Positions 31,603-42,448 of a DNA stretch of 64,000 nucleotides are shown piece after piece; the first letter of the stretch is position 1, and the number at the start of each line of letters is the position of its first letter. The position numbers and the translations under genes were made by a program. The notes beneath the pieces are model-generated. The model was not told the origin of the DNA, did no database searches, and was given only the letters and a program-made list of their open reading frames with translations. This DNA is from Gammaproteobacteria bacterium (GTDB lineage: Bacteria > Pseudomonadota > Gammaproteobacteria > UBA4575). Where the stretch lies: the NCBI GenBank assembly GCA_965221955.1, contig CBDCTA010000029.1, positions 448,001 through 512,000 on the forward strand. The letters are read 5' to 3'.

Positions 31603-32436
31603 TCAAGAGAGGGGTATGCTATCGACCCTATGCAGTAGTATTTCCTGGACAAACTTACTGCCTAAATAGGCCAAAATCAGAAACCCAAAGCCGCCAAGTG
31701 TCCAGCGGATGGCCATTTGTCCACGCCAGCCGTATTTCCAACGTCCCCAAAGTAGTGCTGCAAAAAGTATCCAGGCCAAAATAGATAATATGGTTTTATG
31801 TGCTATATGTTGTTCGAACATATTTTCTAAAAATAAGAAACCAGTAATCAGAGCAACTGAAAGCAGTATGAAACCAATGGTTATAGTTTGGAATAAAAAC
31901 TTTTCTGTTTCATGTAAGGGGGGTAGTGAACGTGTTAATCCTTCGAGCTCAGCATTGCGAAGATGTCGGTCTTGATTAAATAATAAAATTGATTGTATTG
32001 CCGAAATAGTAAGCACGCTGAATGCGAATAGTGAAAACACGATATGTAACTGCAATCCGCGTAGATTAGATGCGGCAACTGAAATTTCGGGTCTGATTAT
32101 CGTCAATGCAATTCCTGCGATAACAATCGGGAATAAAAACAAGCCTAAATACTCATGTTTTTTGGTTATGGACAAAACTAGAACGAGTGCAGAAATGATA
32201 AACAGTACTAAAGAAACAGCGTTATAGAATGTAAGGTTTAATCCTTGGGGTGTAAAGGTTTGTGGGTATAGGTGTAATGCATGTGTGAGGCATGCAATTC
32301 CCCAAAGTGTCAGCATCAAACCACGTTTGTCATTACTTTGACTGTCTGGAACACGATGACAACGCCATAGCAGCACAAAAAAAGTAAGTGCATAAAGCAG
32401 TATTGTGCTGTATTTCAGTATGCTTGACATTTGCAA
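31603..32436 (-). CDS. Cytochrome c assembly family inner membrane protein (YpjD/CcsA-like)
   Basis: LPPL..EK.LFQ, HKTILSILAW, GWRG, YLGSKFV; usual neighbour of ffh. Confidence 0.88.
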   Translation of the reverse strand: MQMSSILKYSTILLYALTFFVLLWRCHRVPDSQSNDKRGLMLTLWGIACLTHALHLYPQTFTPQGLNLTFYNAVSLVLFIISALVLVLSITKKHEYLGLFLFPIVIAGIALTIIRPEISVAASNLRGLQLHIVFSLFAFSVLTISAIQSILLFNQDRHLRNAELEGLTRSLPPLHETEKFLFQTITIGFILLSVALITGFLFLENMFEQHIAHKTILSILAWILFAALLWGRWKYGWRGQMAIRWTLGGFGFLILAYLGSKFVQEILLHRVDSIPLS

Positions 32437-32626
32437 ACAAAAATTTTGCTATGGCTTCTTATATTGAATGAGAGTGTTGTCACAAGAAATTAATAACTAC
32501 GTGATAAACATCTTTAGTTATAAGCCATTTTCTCAGACAATTGCATTTAAATGAATTGAGAAAGGCTAGACATTTCTGCACTGTTGGCAATGATAGCATT
32601 ATTCAGATTCTGAATGATTAATAACC

Positions 32627-33394
32627 ATGAATATACGTATCCTCGGCTGTAGTGGAGGCATTGGTTTAGGCCATAAGACCACCTCATTACTATTAGATGA
32701 TTCTGTGCTGATAGATTGTGGCACAGGACTTGGTGAGCTATCGCTTGATGAAATGTCTAAGTTGCAGCATGTATTCATTACACACAGTCATCTCGACCAC
32801 ATTGCCTTATTGCCGATGCTGTTGGACACTGCATATGAACACCTTGTCGACCATCCGCTTACACTGCACTGTAAGCAGGAAACTTATGATGTGTTAGCGA
32901 AGAATATCTTTAACTGGGATGTATGGCCGAATTTTTTTGAGTTGCCAAATAAAGACACTCCGGTAATTGTGTATGAATCCATGCAGCCAGGTGATTGTAT
33001 TGAGTTTGGCGATAAAATCGTGAAGATGGTTGAAGTGAATCATGCAGTGCCGGCTGCGGCTTATATCATCAATAATGGCACAGGTAGCATCGCGTTTAGT
33101 GGCGATACATATATCAATGACACTTTTTGGCAAGCGTTGAATGAAGAACCGCGTATGGATATGGTAGTCATTGAGTGCGGGTTTACAAATGAAGAAGAAC
33201 ATATTGGCCGCGACGCAAAACATTATTATCCTAATGCATTGGCAGAAGACTTAAAAAAATTAAATCATCGACCCGATCTTTATATTACCCACCTACAGCC
33301 AGGTAGAGAAGAAAAGATTATCGAACAGCTTAATTCTGCTATTACAGATTTTAAAATCTACCAACTCTCCAGTGGCCAAATAATTTCGATCTAA
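32627..33394 (+). CDS. MBL-fold 3',5'-cyclic nucleotide phosphodiesterase (class II-like)
   Basis: LGCSGG, THSHLDHI, FSGDT, THLQPG. Confidence 0.85.
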   Translation: MNIRILGCSGGIGLGHKTTSLLLDDSVLIDCGTGLGELSLDEMSKLQHVFITHSHLDHIALLPMLLDTAYEHLVDHPLTLHCKQETYDVLAKNIFNWDVWPNFFELPNKDTPVIVYESMQPGDCIEFGDKIVKMVEVNHAVPAAAYIINNGTGSIAFSGDTYINDTFWQALNEEPRMDMVVIECGFTNEEEHIGRDAKHYYPNALAEDLKKLNHRPDLYITHLQPGREEKIIEQLNSAITDFKIYQLSSGQIISI

Positions 33395-33451
33395 TTTCGT
33401 TATAATCCGCTCCACTTTTTAATTCTGCTCCAGGTTAGGGGCGCATAATCT

Positions 33452-34810
33452 ATGTTTGATAATTTATCCTCCCGTTTAGCGGGTACTGTGCAAAAGTTGC
33501 GCGGTCAAGCACGCTTAAGCGAAGACAATATTCAAGAGACCTTACGTGAAGTGCGCATGGCTTTATTAGAGGCCGACGTTGCACTACCAGTGGTTAAAGA
33601 CTTTATTGCAAGTGTTAAAGAAAAAGCGCTCGGGCAAGAAGTACTGACAAGTCTGTCTCCTGGGCAAGCGCTGATTAAAATTGTCAATGATGAGCTCGTG
33701 CATCTCATGGGTGATGCGAATGAGACACTTAGCTTATCCGCTCAACCCCCTGTTGTTATTTTAATTGCAGGTTTGCAGGGTGCAGGTAAAACCACAAGCA
33801 TCGGCAAACTCTCTAGATTTCTAACTGAAAAACAAAAGAAAAGTGTCGCGGTAGTCAGCTGCGACGTCTATCGACCTGCAGCGATACAGCAGCTACAAAC
33901 CTTGGCAAATGAAGTAGGGGTAGAGTTTGTGCCAAGTGACACTAGCCAAGCCCCCATTGATATTGCTAATCGAGCGGTTGAGCATGCGAAAACACAATTT
34001 AAAGATGTGCTCATCATTGATACTGCGGGACGTTTGCATGTTGATGAAGAAATGATGCAGGAAATTATTTCTTTGCATCAGGCAGTGCAGCCGACAGAGA
34101 CTTTATTTGTTGTCGATAGTATGAGCGGTCAAGATGCTGCAAATTCTGCTCAAGCATTTAATAACGCTTTGCCATTAACCGGCGTCATTCTGACAAAAAC
34201 CGATGGTGATGCGCGTGGTGGTGCAGCGCTTTCCGTTCGACACATTACCGGTAAGCCGATTAAATTTTTAGGTATAGGCGAAAAAACCACTGCACTTGAA
34301 CCTTTCCATCCTGATCGTGTGGCCTCACGCATTTTAGGTATGGGTGATGTGGTGAGTTTGGTTGAGGAAGTAGAACAAAAAGTTGATAAAGATAAAGCGC
34401 AAAAACTTGCCAAGAAAATTAAAAAAGGTAAGAGCTTTAATATGGTTGATCTTAAAAGTCAGTTAGAGCAGATGATGAATATGGGTGGCTTGGCAGGAAT
34501 TATGGATAAAATTCCAGGAGCCGCAGGGATGCCTAAAAATGTTCCGGGTATGGGAGATGACAAAGCGATTCATCAGATGATCGCGATTATAAATTCCATG
34601 ACACCTCATGAGCGGCGTTTTCCAGATGTAATTAAAAATACACGTAAACGACGCATTGCGGCGGGATCGGGTACTCAAGTGCAGGATGTGAATCGCCTTC
34701 TTAAACAGCACCTTCAAATGAAGAAAATGATGAAGAAGATGTCTAAGAAAGGTGGCATGCAGCGCATGATGCAAGGTTTGAAGGGAGGCCTACCACCGGG
34801 TCTTCAATAA
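33452..34810 (+). CDS. ffh: Signal recognition particle protein
   Basis: GLQGAGKTT, DTAGRLH, TKTDGDARGG, Met-rich M domain. Confidence 0.98.
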   Translation: MFDNLSSRLAGTVQKLRGQARLSEDNIQETLREVRMALLEADVALPVVKDFIASVKEKALGQEVLTSLSPGQALIKIVNDELVHLMGDANETLSLSAQPPVVILIAGLQGAGKTTSIGKLSRFLTEKQKKSVAVVSCDVYRPAAIQQLQTLANEVGVEFVPSDTSQAPIDIANRAVEHAKTQFKDVLIIDTAGRLHVDEEMMQEIISLHQAVQPTETLFVVDSMSGQDAANSAQAFNNALPLTGVILTKTDGDARGGAALSVRHITGKPIKFLGIGEKTTALEPFHPDRVASRILGMGDVVSLVEEVEQKVDKDKAQKLAKKIKKGKSFNMVDLKSQLEQMMNMGGLAGIMDKIPGAAGMPKNVPGMGDDKAIHQMIAIINSMTPHERRFPDVIKNTRKRRIAAGSGTQVQDVNRLLKQHLQMKKMMKKMSKKGGMQRMMQGLKGGLPPGLQ

Positions 34811-34958
34811 GTGTGTTATTTAGGTCTATACCAATAGCGCTACACCAGGCTTTCAATGAGCGCATTACTTTAAGTCTATACAGTTCCCTACCGCCGGGGC
34901 TTCAATAAGTACGTTATTTAGGTCTATACCAATTACGCTACCACCAGGATTACGCTAG
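34790..34958 (+). repeat. Tandem ~50-bp units repeating the ffh 3' end
   Basis: Units start at 34790, 34840, 34888 and 34938 (last one partial), each beginning CTAC(C)RCCRGG; the three full units contain AAGTCTATAC or AGGTCTATAC. Confidence 0.85.
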
Positions 34959-35085
34959 ACAGTTAAAATTTTCAATTCATATCCCTTAATCCCCCTGTTC
35001 AAACACCTGATCTAACTTTATTTTCAGGCAAATTTGCGTACAATGCCCAGCTCGATTTATCGGCATTAACTCAATACAGAATTCT

Positions 35086-35338
35086 ATGGTCACAATTCGA
35101 TTAGCCAGAGGCGGAGCTAAAAAACGTCCTTTCTACCACATCGTTGTTACGGATTCTCGTAAACGCCGTGATAGTAGCTATATTGAGCGTATTGGCTTTT
35201 TCAATCCAAGCGCAAAAGGCCAGGAAGTAAGGCTGAATATTGAGATGGAGCGTTTTGAGCATTGGTGTGGACATGGTGCGCAACCCTCTGACCGTGTAGC
35301 ATCATTGGTCAAAACAGCATCAAAAGCAAGCTGCTTAA
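35086..35338 (+). CDS. rpsP: 30S ribosomal protein S16 (apparent +1 base near 35328 extends the ORF to 35442)
   Basis: [25 protein letters not shown]; removing one A in GCAAGCTGCTTAA gives KAAA-stop at a normal S16 length. Confidence 0.93.
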
Positions 35339-35363
35339 ATAAGCTAAATTCTCTTGCCCAAGC

Positions 35364-35891
35364 TTGGGCCAAATCTTGGTTCAAGATTCACACATTCAAG
35401 TTGGCCATATCCAAGGTGTCTTTGGCATCAAAGGTTGGTTAAAGATCTTTTCTCACTGTCGTCCAAAAGAACAAATTCTTGATTACATAAATTGGGATTT
35501 GCACATGCCACAAGGTGTGCAAACGCATGAGTTACAAGAAGGTAAATGTCATGGAAACGGCATTATCGCCAAGCTGAAAAATGTAGACGATCGTACTCAT
35601 GCTGAAACACTTAAAGGTGCAGAGATATGGGTAGCAAAAGCAGAATTATCCGTACTAGCTGAAGATGAATATTATTGGTTTGAGTTAAAAGGTTTAAAAG
35701 TTGAGAATCTTGAAGGAGAAGCGCTAGGACAAGTGACAAAGTTAATGGAGACCGGCGCTAATGATGTCCTAGTTGTTATGGATGAATTAGATAAACAAGA
35801 GATTCTTATCCCTTATATTAAAGAGCAAGTGATTAAGCGAGTAGACTTAGAAGAAAAAACGATCATTGTGGATTGGCAAAAAGACTATTAG
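35364..35891 (+). CDS. rimM: Ribosome maturation factor RimM
   Basis: [30 protein letters not shown]. Confidence 0.95.
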   Translation: MGQILVQDSHIQVGHIQGVFGIKGWLKIFSHCRPKEQILDYINWDLHMPQGVQTHELQEGKCHGNGIIAKLKNVDDRTHAETLKGAEIWVAKAELSVLAEDEYYWFELKGLKVENLEGEALGQVTKLMETGANDVLVVMDELDKQEILIPYIKEQVIKRVDLEEKTIIVDWQKDY

Positions 35892-35894
35892 CAC

Positions 35895-36632
35895 ATGAAT
35901 TTTACAGTCATCACATTATTCCCTGAAATGGTGCTGAACTTGTCAAAGTTTGGAGTTGTTGGGCGTGCATTAGAAAGTAATTTAGCCAGTTTGGGAGTGT
36001 TAAATCCAAGAGATTTTTCTGATGATCCAAATCGTCGCGTGGATGACCGTCCCTATGGGGGTGGTCCTGGGATGGTGATGCAATTTGAGCCATTACAAAA
36101 AACCATACATAAAGCACGAGAACAGGCAGAGCAATCTCGGGTGATTTATTTATCCGCGCAGGGTAATCCGTTGAAGCATGCCGATGTAACTCGATTGAGT
36201 ACTTATGAGAATTTGATCTTGCTTACAGGGCGCTATGAGGGGATTGACGAGAGAATTATTGAAGTAGAGGTGGATGAGGAGATATCAATAGGAGATATCG
36301 TCGTCAGTGGCGGGGAATTGCCTGCTATGCTAATGATCGATGCACTAATCCGCCATATACCGGGTGCTCTGGGCCATGATGAGTCTGCGCATCAAGATTC
36401 ATTTGTTGACGGACTACTCGATTGCCCGCATTATACGCGGCCGGAAAGTATCCAGGATCTGAGTGTGCCAAAGGTATTGCTTGGGGGTGATCATCAAGCT
36501 ATACAGAAATGGCGTGAAAAACAATCACTTGGACGCACTTTTCAGCGTAGGCCAGAGTTATTAGACCAGCTCGATCTCAGTGATGAGCAAAAGGCCTTGC
36601 TAGAGGAATATATACAAGAGCAGCAAAATTAA
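35895..36632 (+). CDS. trmD: tRNA (guanine-N1)-methyltransferase
   Basis: [33 protein letters not shown]. Confidence 0.97.
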   Translation: MNFTVITLFPEMVLNLSKFGVVGRALESNLASLGVLNPRDFSDDPNRRVDDRPYGGGPGMVMQFEPLQKTIHKAREQAEQSRVIYLSAQGNPLKHADVTRLSTYENLILLTGRYEGIDERIIEVEVDEEISIGDIVVSGGELPAMLMIDALIRHIPGALGHDESAHQDSFVDGLLDCPHYTRPESIQDLSVPKVLLGGDHQAIQKWREKQSLGRTFQRRPELLDQLDLSDEQKALLEEYIQEQQN

Positions 36633-36646
36633 AGTACGTTACAAAT

Positions 36647-36991
36647 ATGTCAAATATTATCCAAGAAATTAATCAGCAACAGCTCAAGCAAGATCTGCCA
36701 GATTTCAGTCCTGGTGATACTGTGGTTGTACAAGTAAAAGTTAAAGAAGGTAACCGTGAGCGATTACAAGCCTTTGAAGGTGTTGTGATTGGCAAGCGCA
36801 ATCGTGGCTTGAATTCAGCCTTTACTGTGAGAAAGCTTTCCCATGGAGAAGGTGTGGAAAGAGTGTTCCAAACTCACAGCCCATTAATTGACAACATTAA
36901 AGTGAAACGTAAAGGTGATGTTCGTCGTGCCAAGCTTTACTACTTACGTGGGCGAACTGGAAAGGCAGCAAGAATCAAAGAAAAAATATAA
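36647..36991 (+). CDS. rplS: 50S ribosomal protein L19
   Basis: [27 protein letters not shown]. Confidence 0.98.
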   Translation: MSNIIQEINQQQLKQDLPDFSPGDTVVVQVKVKEGNRERLQAFEGVVIGKRNRGLNSAFTVRKLSHGEGVERVFQTHSPLIDNIKVKRKGDVRRAKLYYLRGRTGKAARIKEKI

Positions 36992-37014
36992 ATTTAATAT
37001 TACATCTTCTTTCC

Positions 37015-37043
37015 AAAACGCCTCGATTTATCGAGGCGTTTTT
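37015..37043 (+). terminator. Rho-independent terminator after rplS
   Basis: AAAACGCCTCGAT-tt-ATCGAGGCGTTTTT. Confidence 0.88.
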
Positions 37044-37077
37044 ATTTCGGCTGTGACTAAAAGAGTTACAATTCGCT

Positions 37078-37542
37078 ATGGCTCAAATTATTATTAAAAC
37101 ACCTATCGGCAAAATAGCGGTGGACTACGAAAATGACTTTGTCACTGAAGTGCAACAGGTCGCACCTCAAACACGCGCAGTATCTAACAAAGATCCATTT
37201 GCCATAGAGATACAAAAACAGTTTGAGGATTATTTTTCTGGGAAATTGCAAGAGTTTGATTTGCCATTTTTATTCAAACACGGAACGGATTATCAACTAA
37301 AAGTTTGGGATCAGATTAGAAAAATTTCATTCGGTAAAACCAAAACGTATGGAGAGATTGCAAAGAAAATAAAATCAGGGCCACGTGCAGTAGGTAATGC
37401 ATGTCGGCGTAATCAGTTATTGTTGCTTGTTCCTTGTCATCGTGTGGTTAGTGCTACGGGATTGGGCGGATTTATGGGAGATGCAGACGGAAGTTTAGTG
37501 CGAAGAAAGCAATGGTTATTGGAGCATGAGCAAGTTTCTTAG
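37078..37542 (+). CDS. ogt: Methylated-DNA--protein-cysteine methyltransferase
   Basis: RAVGNAC, VPCHRVV active site. Confidence 0.92.
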   Translation: MAQIIIKTPIGKIAVDYENDFVTEVQQVAPQTRAVSNKDPFAIEIQKQFEDYFSGKLQEFDLPFLFKHGTDYQLKVWDQIRKISFGKTKTYGEIAKKIKSGPRAVGNACRRNQLLLLVPCHRVVSATGLGGFMGDADGSLVRRKQWLLEHEQVS

Positions 37543-37602
37543 TATCGAAGAATGTTAAAAGTACATTATCTTATGCATGAGTCGTTTTGGCGGTAAGTAA
37601 AA

Positions 37603-38305
37603 ATGCATGTTCATTATCTTAAACACGTCACTTTTGAAGGACTTGGGTTCTATGGAGAACATCTTTGTGGAGCGAGGTTGTACATTATCGCGCACATGTA
37701 TGTATGAAGACCAATCGTTACCTTCCATTCATGATATCGATGCATTAGTTGTAATGGGCGGGCCAATGGGAGTGCATGATGATGATAGTTATCCTTGGCT
37801 TACGTTAGAGAAAGAGTTTATCGAATCTGTAATCAAGCTTGATATTCCAGTGCTGGGAGTTTGTTTAGGTGCACAGCTGATTGCCAATGTGCTGGGTGCT
37901 GAGGTGACTAAAAATGTACATGAAGAAATCGGTTGGTTTCCAGTGAGTTTTGTTAAGGAAATGGAAGGTGATAGGGTCAATGTGCTGCCTAACAAATTTG
38001 ATGCACTGCATTGGCATGGCGATACCTTTGCTATTCCAACGGGAGGAAGCCATTTTCTCGCCAGTGAAGGGTGTGCACACCAAGGTTTTGTATATGGGCA
38101 TGCCACCTTGGCGTTACAGTTTCATCTGGAAATGTTGCCGAGTAACGTAGAGGCCATTTATCACGAATGCGGAAACCCAAAAAAAACAGGTACTTATATA
38201 CAGAGTTTGGATGAAATGCTTGCTCCAGCAGAAAATTTTCAACACGCCTATAAAGTACTAGAAAATGTGCTAGAGGCCTTTGTTTTTCAAAAAGTGGCCC
38301 AATAA
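37603..38305 (+). CDS. Type 1 glutamine amidotransferase-like protein (+1 frameshift near 37645)
   Basis: The frame from 37603 gives the family-like N-terminus MHVHYLKHVTFEGLG; the other frame continues with MGGPMG, GVCLGAQL, WHGD, LQFHLE. Confidence 0.85.
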
Positions 38306-38335
38306 TTATCAACTAGTCATCCTTGGAGGATCGAA

Positions 38336-38539
38336 ATGGAAGACAACAGTAGAAAAGACATCAGAGCCTTGCTCAAGACATTTGGGGTAAAAGCGGATGA
38401 AGCTATTGTGGGGCATTTGGCAAAACATCCCGATGTCAAGCAACTGCGCTTAAAGATAACGCTAGAAGATGAAACGGACTATGCAAACAATGCTGTCGAG
38501 CCGATTACATTAGTGATTGAAGGTAATATTAATCGCTAA
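38336..38539 (+). CDS. Small hypothetical protein
   Basis: 67 aa, strong GGAGG RBS. Confidence 0.75.
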   Translation: MEDNSRKDIRALLKTFGVKADEAIVGHLAKHPDVKQLRLKITLEDETDYANNAVEPITLVIEGNINR

Positions 38540-38576
38540 TTTTTTATTAACTATATAGAAATTGATATTAAGAGAA

Positions 38577-40484
38577 ATGAGCACTGAGACCGATAAAACC
38601 GCACATAAAAAAGAAACATTGCAATTTGAAACAGAAGTAGCACAACTTCTGCATTTAATGATTCATTCTTTATATTCGAATAAAGAAATATTTTTGCGTG
38701 AACTAATCTCAAATGCATCCGACGCCTGTGACAAGTTGCGTTTTGAAGCCGTGTCGGATGATTCCTTACTAAGCGATGATGCAGAATTAAAAATTCAAGT
38801 CGAATTTGATAAAGATGAAAAGACAATAACGATTCGTGACAACGGCATCGGTATGAATCGTGAGGAAGTGGTGAATAATATTGGCACCATTGCTAAGTCT
38901 GGAACCAAAGAATTCTTATCACAGCTTACGGGCGATCAAAGTAAAGATTCTCATTTGATTGGTCAGTTTGGTGTTGGCTTTTACTCCGCGTTTATTGTTG
39001 CAGATAAGGTCACCTTGAAAACGCGTCGTGCAGGTTTGGATAAAGCACAAGGTGTGCAGTGGGAATCAGAAGGGACAGGCTCTTATACATTAGAAGAAAT
39101 TGAAAAAGACAAGCGTGGCACGGAAGTGATTTTGCATCTTAAAAAAGATGAAGAGGACTTGCTCAATGGTTGGCGTCTACGTTCCATAATTACGAAATAT
39201 TCTGATCACGTACCTTTACCTATCGAAATGCGTGAAGAAAATGAGAAAGGTGAAATCACTGCGAAGTGGGAAACAATTAATAAGGCATCTGCCTTATGGG
39301 CAAGACCAAAAACTGAAATTACAGACGATGAATATAAAGAATTTTATAAACATGTCGGCCATGATTTTGCTGACCCACTGCTGTGGACGCATAATCGAGT
39401 GGAAGGTAAAACCGAATATACGTCTTTATTATATATCCCGTCTCAAGCACCTTTTGATTTATTCGATCAGAACCCTAAACACGGAGTAAAACTTTATGTG
39501 CAACGTGTTTTCATCATGGATGATGCGGAAAAATTATTGCCTCGATATCTGAGATTTGTTCGAGGCGTAATTGATTCAAATGATTTACCTCTTAATATTT
39601 CGCGAGAAATCTTGCAGAGCAATAAAGTCATCGACAACATCCGCTCAGGGTCTGTTAAGAAAGTGTTAGGGCTATTAGAGAAGCTTGCAAAGAATGAAAC
39701 TGATAAATATCAAGAATTCTGGAATGTATTTGGCAAAGTCTTGAAAGAAGGTCCCGGAGAAGACTTTGCAAACAAAGAAAATATTGCAAAGTTACTGCGC
39801 TTTGCGTCCACTCACAAAGATGGTGATGCACAAAATGTATCTTTAGATGATTACATTTCACGCATGAAGCCTGAGCAGGAAAAAATTTACTACATCACTG
39901 CGGATAACTACGCTGCAGCAAAGAACAGTCCGCACTTGGAAATTTTTAAAGATAAAGGTATCGAAGTGTTATTGCTGTTTGATCGTGTGGATGAATGGTT
40001 GATGAGTCACCTTGCTGAATACGAAGAAAAATCCTTTGCTTCAGTGGCAAAAGGCGAGCTTGATCTTGATAAGCTGAGTAGTGAAGAAGATAAAGAAGAA
40101 CGTAAAAAAGCTGAAAAAGAAGCCAAAGGTCTAATTAAGCGCATCAAGAAAGTTCTGGATGAAAAAGTAGAAGATGTGCGTGTATCACACCGTCTAACCA
40201 GTTCTCCTGCTTGCATTGTATTAAGTGAGCAGGATATGGCGTTATATATGCAGCATCTGATGAAACAAGCGGGTCATGATATGCCATCTACGAAACCCGT
40301 TTTAGAAATAAACCCTACTCATGCGTTAGTACAGCGAATGGAGAATGAGCAAGCAGAAGATCGCTTTGAAGACTGGGCGAATATCTTGTTTGATCAAGCC
40401 ATTCTTGCAGAAGGTGGGCAGCTTGAAGATCCTGCTTCATTTGTTAATCGACTCAATCAAATGATTAACGAAATTGCCAAATAA
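38577..40484 (+). CDS. htpG: Molecular chaperone HtpG (Hsp90)
   Basis: [34 protein letters not shown]. Confidence 0.98.
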   Translation: MSTETDKTAHKKETLQFETEVAQLLHLMIHSLYSNKEIFLRELISNASDACDKLRFEAVSDDSLLSDDAELKIQVEFDKDEKTITIRDNGIGMNREEVVNNIGTIAKSGTKEFLSQLTGDQSKDSHLIGQFGVGFYSAFIVADKVTLKTRRAGLDKAQGVQWESEGTGSYTLEEIEKDKRGTEVILHLKKDEEDLLNGWRLRSIITKYSDHVPLPIEMREENEKGEITAKWETINKASALWARPKTEITDDEYKEFYKHVGHDFADPLLWTHNRVEGKTEYTSLLYIPSQAPFDLFDQNPKHGVKLYVQRVFIMDDAEKLLPRYLRFVRGVIDSNDLPLNISREILQSNKVIDNIRSGSVKKVLGLLEKLAKNETDKYQEFWNVFGKVLKEGPGEDFANKENIAKLLRFASTHKDGDAQNVSLDDYISRMKPEQEKIYYITADNYAAAKNSPHLEIFKDKGIEVLLLFDRVDEWLMSHLAEYEEKSFASVAKGELDLDKLSSEEDKEERKKAEKEAKGLIKRIKKVLDEKVEDVRVSHRLTSSPACIVLSEQDMALYMQHLMKQAGHDMPSTKPVLEINPTHALVQRMENEQAEDRFEDWANILFDQAILAEGGQLEDPASFVNRLNQMINEIAK

Positions 40485-40604
40485 AGACAAACAATTCTGG
40501 ATAACCAAAGCACTCGCTAAGATGTCTCAAGAAGAATAGGTGAGACAGGGCTGTGTGAATAAGAGTTGCAACATGGGTGTTGCATCAAATTCGAGTTAAT
40601 CATA

Positions 40605-41042
40605 GTGAAACAATCAAGTAAATTTTGGGAAACCAAATCTCTTAAAGAGATGAGTAAGAGTGAATGGGAGTCCTTATGCGATGGGTGTGGAAAATGTTGT
40701 TTAATCAAACTAGAAGATGCGGATACAAAAGAGTTGTTTTATACCGATGTAGCTTGTCATCTTTTGGATCATAAAACTTGCCAATGTAAAGACTATTCCA
40801 ACCGTAAAAAATTAGTTGATGATTGTTTGCAATTAGAAGTGGATGATGTAGAAGATTTTAAATGGCTGCCAAAAACCTGTGCCTATCGGCTAGTGTATGA
40901 AGACAAAGATCTTCCAGATTGGCATTATTTAGTTTCTGGGGATAAAAAAATGGTGCATAAGAAAAAGATGTCTGTACAAAATCGTATAGTCAGTGAAACC
41001 GAAGTGATGGAAGTGGCCGAACACATTGTGCATTGGGTTTGA
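40605..41042 (+). CDS. YcgN family cysteine-cluster protein
   Basis: WESLCDGCGKCC, WLPKTCAYR; GTG start at 40605 is likely. Confidence 0.9.
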   Translation: MKQSSKFWETKSLKEMSKSEWESLCDGCGKCCLIKLEDADTKELFYTDVACHLLDHKTCQCKDYSNRKKLVDDCLQLEVDDVEDFKWLPKTCAYRLVYEDKDLPDWHYLVSGDKKMVHKKKMSVQNRIVSETEVMEVAEHIVHWV

Positions 41043-41152
41043 GAGCATGGTTGTCTTATAGAATATCCGTCAAAAATGATGCAACTATATTGATGAAATG
41101 AGCTCTTATGTATATATAAATACTATTTGAAAAAAACTAATAGAGTAAACGT

Positions 41153-41689
41153 ATGAAAATTAAAACGGCAATAATATTTTTAGTATTCCTACATCTATCA
41201 TTAATGTCTTCCCTGTTGGCCGAAAGTGCTGGTGAACATATTGATGATGCTACAATTGCATCTAAGACCAAGACTGCACTCATCAGTGATAAAACGGTTA
41301 AAGCAAGAAAGATTAATGTTGAGGTTTCAAAAGGGGTTTTACAGCTTTCTGGATTTGTCGATAGTGAAACCGAAGAGTCAACTGCTATAAATATTGCAAA
41401 CGGAGTGGCAGGTGTTAAAAAAGTCTTGGATGCGCTTATTGTTTCTCCTGGTTCGAGAAGTGCTGGTGAAGTTTTGGACGATACAACTATTTCTACAAAG
41501 TTAAAAGCAAAGCTCACTGCTAACACAGGCTTGGGTGATGCAACTGCAATAACAACTGAAGTAAAGCATAAACAAATTATACTTGCTGGGTTCGTTGGTT
41601 CTGAGAGCGTTAGAAATGAAGCAGTAGAAATTGCAAGAAATATAAAAGGTGTTAAAAAAGTTTATAACTTGATTGCAATTAAAGAATGA
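41153..41689 (+). CDS. Secreted double BON-domain protein (OsmY-like)
   Basis: Signal peptide, two DD(A/T)TI...L.GFV...GVKKV repeats. Confidence 0.9.
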   Translation: MKIKTAIIFLVFLHLSLMSSLLAESAGEHIDDATIASKTKTALISDKTVKARKINVEVSKGVLQLSGFVDSETEESTAINIANGVAGVKKVLDALIVSPGSRSAGEVLDDTTISTKLKAKLTANTGLGDATAITTEVKHKQIILAGFVGSESVRNEAVEIARNIKGVKKVYNLIAIKE

Positions 41690-41734
41690 GAATTTAAATA
41701 TAGTGCTGGTCTAACTTATATTCAAAGAATACGT

Positions 41735-42391
41735 TTATAGCACACTAGCAAAAAATCCGTTCTGTCCTTTAATTTTATTGGTGTAATGCAGATTAAAGTT
41801 ATCAATTATTGATTTTTGTACAGCATCAAGATCTAATAAATTGTTTCGCCATTTTTTTAGTTTAGGAAAACTATCCCAGTCTAAAAAACTTAACTTTTCA
41901 TTCATAAAATCTAAACGGATGAGTAAGGGGGCATAAGCAGCATCAATTAGTGAAATTTCTTCACCATTAAAAAAAGTTGAGTCACCTAATATATCTTCCA
42001 CTCTTTGTAAACGAGTTTTGCATTCGCTCATTTGATTGCGCATGTCAGTTTCTTCGTTATGATCAGCAATCATATAAAGGTCAGCTAAACAGGTGCCACC
42101 ATATTCAATCCAGGCACGGTTCTTGGCAAGCACGAGAGGGTCTGATGGTTTGAGTGATCCTGGTGTAACATCATCAATAAATTCATTGATTACTGCAGAT
42201 TCAAATAGGATTTCTTTGTCATCTACTTTTAGTACCGGCACTTTCCCAAGTGGCGAGATTTCTAAAAACCATTCTGGTGGATTATTTAAATCAATAAACG
42301 TGATGTCATAATCACATTTTTTGTGGTTAAGTGTAATCACACTGCGTTGCACATAAGGGCAAACATTAAAACTGATAAGCTCTAATTTCAT
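41735..42391 (-). CDS. Glutathione S-transferase
   Basis: CPYVQR, SPLGKVPVL, FESAVINEFI. Confidence 0.92.
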   Translation of the reverse strand: MKLELISFNVCPYVQRSVITLNHKKCDYDITFIDLNNPPEWFLEISPLGKVPVLKVDDKEILFESAVINEFIDDVTPGSLKPSDPLVLAKNRAWIEYGGTCLADLYMIADHNEETDMRNQMSECKTRLQRVEDILGDSTFFNGEEISLIDAAYAPLLIRLDFMNEKLSFLDWDSFPKLKKWRNNLLDLDAVQKSIIDNFNLHYTNKIKGQNGFFASVL

Positions 42392-42448
42392 AATTATATT
42401 TTGATTGATTAAAAGCAGCGCATTATACGTACCAAACAGCAAAATCTC

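Noticed and set aside
34790-34958. Possible CRISPR array after ffh
   Set aside because: Units are homologous along their whole length with no unique spacers, and there are no cas genes.
35339-35442. Novel C-terminal extension of S16 overlapping rimM
   Set aside because: Explained by one extra base before the natural stop.
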